The notes under the pieces are model-generated. The model was not told the origin of the DNA, did no database searches, and worked only from the letters and a program-made list of their open reading frames with translations. A stretch of DNA of 63,481 bases, filler included. It is 6 parts of 6 records of this genome, joined end to end, with 100 filler letters (N's around TTAATTAATTAA, not from the genome) between each part and the next. Parts side by side here need not be neighbours in the genome. Positions count along the whole stretch, not along the records: positions 40,567 to 63,481 come from SRR31156797_36957; 5 more parts are not named here. One strand, written 5' to 3'. The translations under genes were made by a program, and so were the position numbers. Below are positions 62,415-63,481 of this stretch, one piece after another. Position 1 is the first letter of the stretch. Each line of letters opens with the position of its first letter.

Positions 62415-63481
62415 ATGCACGAAAACAGAGTACTCATCCTTGATTTTGGCAGCCAGTTCACCCAGCTTATTGCGCGGCGCGTCCGCGAGGCCGGGGTGTA
62501 CTCCGAGATTCATCCCTGTAATGTAGATCCTGAACGGGTCAAGGCATTCAAACCGTCCGCACTTATCCTGTCGGGCGGCCCGTCCAGTGTTTTGGAAGGT
62601 GGATGCCCTGATTTGAATATGGAATACATGGAGATGGGCATCCCGGTGCTTGGCATTTGCTACGGCATGCAGCTTTTGTCCCATAACCTTGGCGGAAAGG
62701 TCGTATCTTCCACTGACCGCGAATACGGTCGGGCACAGTTTACCGCATTGAATGACTGCATTCTCTTCGACGGCGTTGAAGAGAAAGAAGACCTAACGGT
62801 CTGGATGTCACACGGTGACCGCGTCGAATCCATCCCTGAGGGCTTTTTGCCTATGGGTAAGACTGACTCCATCGAGTTTGCTGCAATGGGCAACGTGGAA
62901 AAGAAGATTTACGCATTGCAGTTCCACCCGGAAGTAGCTCATACCACCGACGGTGGAACCATTATCCAGAACTTCCTGTTCAAGGTTGCTGGTCTGGAAG
63001 CATCATGGTCCATGGCCGGTTTTGTTGAAAATACCATTGAAGATTTGAAAAAACAGGTCGGTGACGCGAAAGTCGTTCTCGGTCTGTCCGGTGGAATTGA
63101 TTCAACGGTGGCCGCAGTCATGCTGCACAGGGCCATCGGCAAGAATTTGCATTGCATTTTTGTGGATAACGGTCTGCTTCGCATGGGCGAAAAAGAAGAA
63201 GTCATCGGTTTCCTGGCCGAGCATTTCGACTTGAACGTCAAATTGGTGGATGCAGCTGATGAATTCCTGTCCGACCTGAAGGGCGTGGAAGATCCCGAGA
63301 AGAAGCGCAAGCTCATTGGTTACAAGTTCATTGAAGTTTTTGACCGTGAAGCCAAGGCCATTGATGGCGTAAAATTCTTGGGACAGGGCACACTGTACCC
63401 GGATGTCATCGAATCCGAATCCTTCAAAGGTCCTTCGGCAGTTATTAAATCGCACCACAATGTGGGCGGCTTGCCGGAAAA
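62415..63481 (+). CDS. guaA: GMP synthase (glutamine-hydrolysing), 3' truncated; not in the ORF track because no stop lies inside the window
   Basis: [72 protein letters not shown]. Confidence 0.96.
   Translation, partial: MHENRVLILDFGSQFTQLIARRVREAGVYSEIHPCNVDPERVKAFKPSALILSGGPSSVLEGGCPDLNMEYMEMGIPVLGICYGMQLLSHNLGGKVVSSTDREYGRAQFTALNDCILFDGVEEKEDLTVWMSHGDRVESIPEGFLPMGKTDSIEFAAMGNVEKKIYALQFHPEVAHTTDGGTIIQNFLFKVAGLEASWSMAGFVENTIEDLKKQVGDAKVVLGLSGGIDSTVAAVMLHRAIGKNLHCIFVDNGLLRMGEKEEVIGFLAEHFDLNVKLVDAADEFLSDLKGVEDPEKKRKLIGYKFIEVFDREAKAIDGVKFLGQGTLYPDVIESESFKGPSAVIKSHHNVGGLPE

Overview
This window is not one locus. It is six unrelated contigs joined by 100-nt N spacers carrying a TTAATTAATTAA linker. 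(1) 1-5567: probably planctomycete-like; leuS, a stand-alone mraY and an MCP fragment. (2) 5668-13382: Desulfobacterota-like; a ThDP decarboxylase gene with one in-frame TAA, a TetR/ABC1-kinase/PNPOx-fold cluster and an Fe-S protein. (3) 13483-28156: Desulfovibrionaceae-like integrative mobilizable element next to a tRNA-Thr(CGT) 3' fragment. It carries integrase, excisionase, an orphan DarG C-terminal domain, TraK, a Rep-like protein with intragenic repeats, Rha, TraJ and a MOBP relaxase. Two inverted RP4-like oriT/traJ-II copies flank the mobilization module. AT-rich cargo follows: nrfH, an NrfA homolog with a rewritten active site, a nim-like gene, thrC, DUF554 and Lrp. (4) 28257-34254: Campylobacterota-like; secD-secF-glmM-lspA and a diguanylate cyclase. 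(5) 34355-40466: low-GC anaerobe; MCP, solute-binding proteins, HD-GYP and a putative Na+/H+ antiporter. (6) 40567-63481: Pseudodesulfovibrio-like core genes (sigma54 activator, iorAB, proA, nadD, ccm, liv, guaB, guaA). The strongest candidates for new biology are all in contig 3: the remodelled NrfA next to nim, the paired outward-facing oriTs, and the macrodomain-less DarG in the predicted leading region. All family and taxon calls come from motif recognition and recalled reference sequences; no searches were run.
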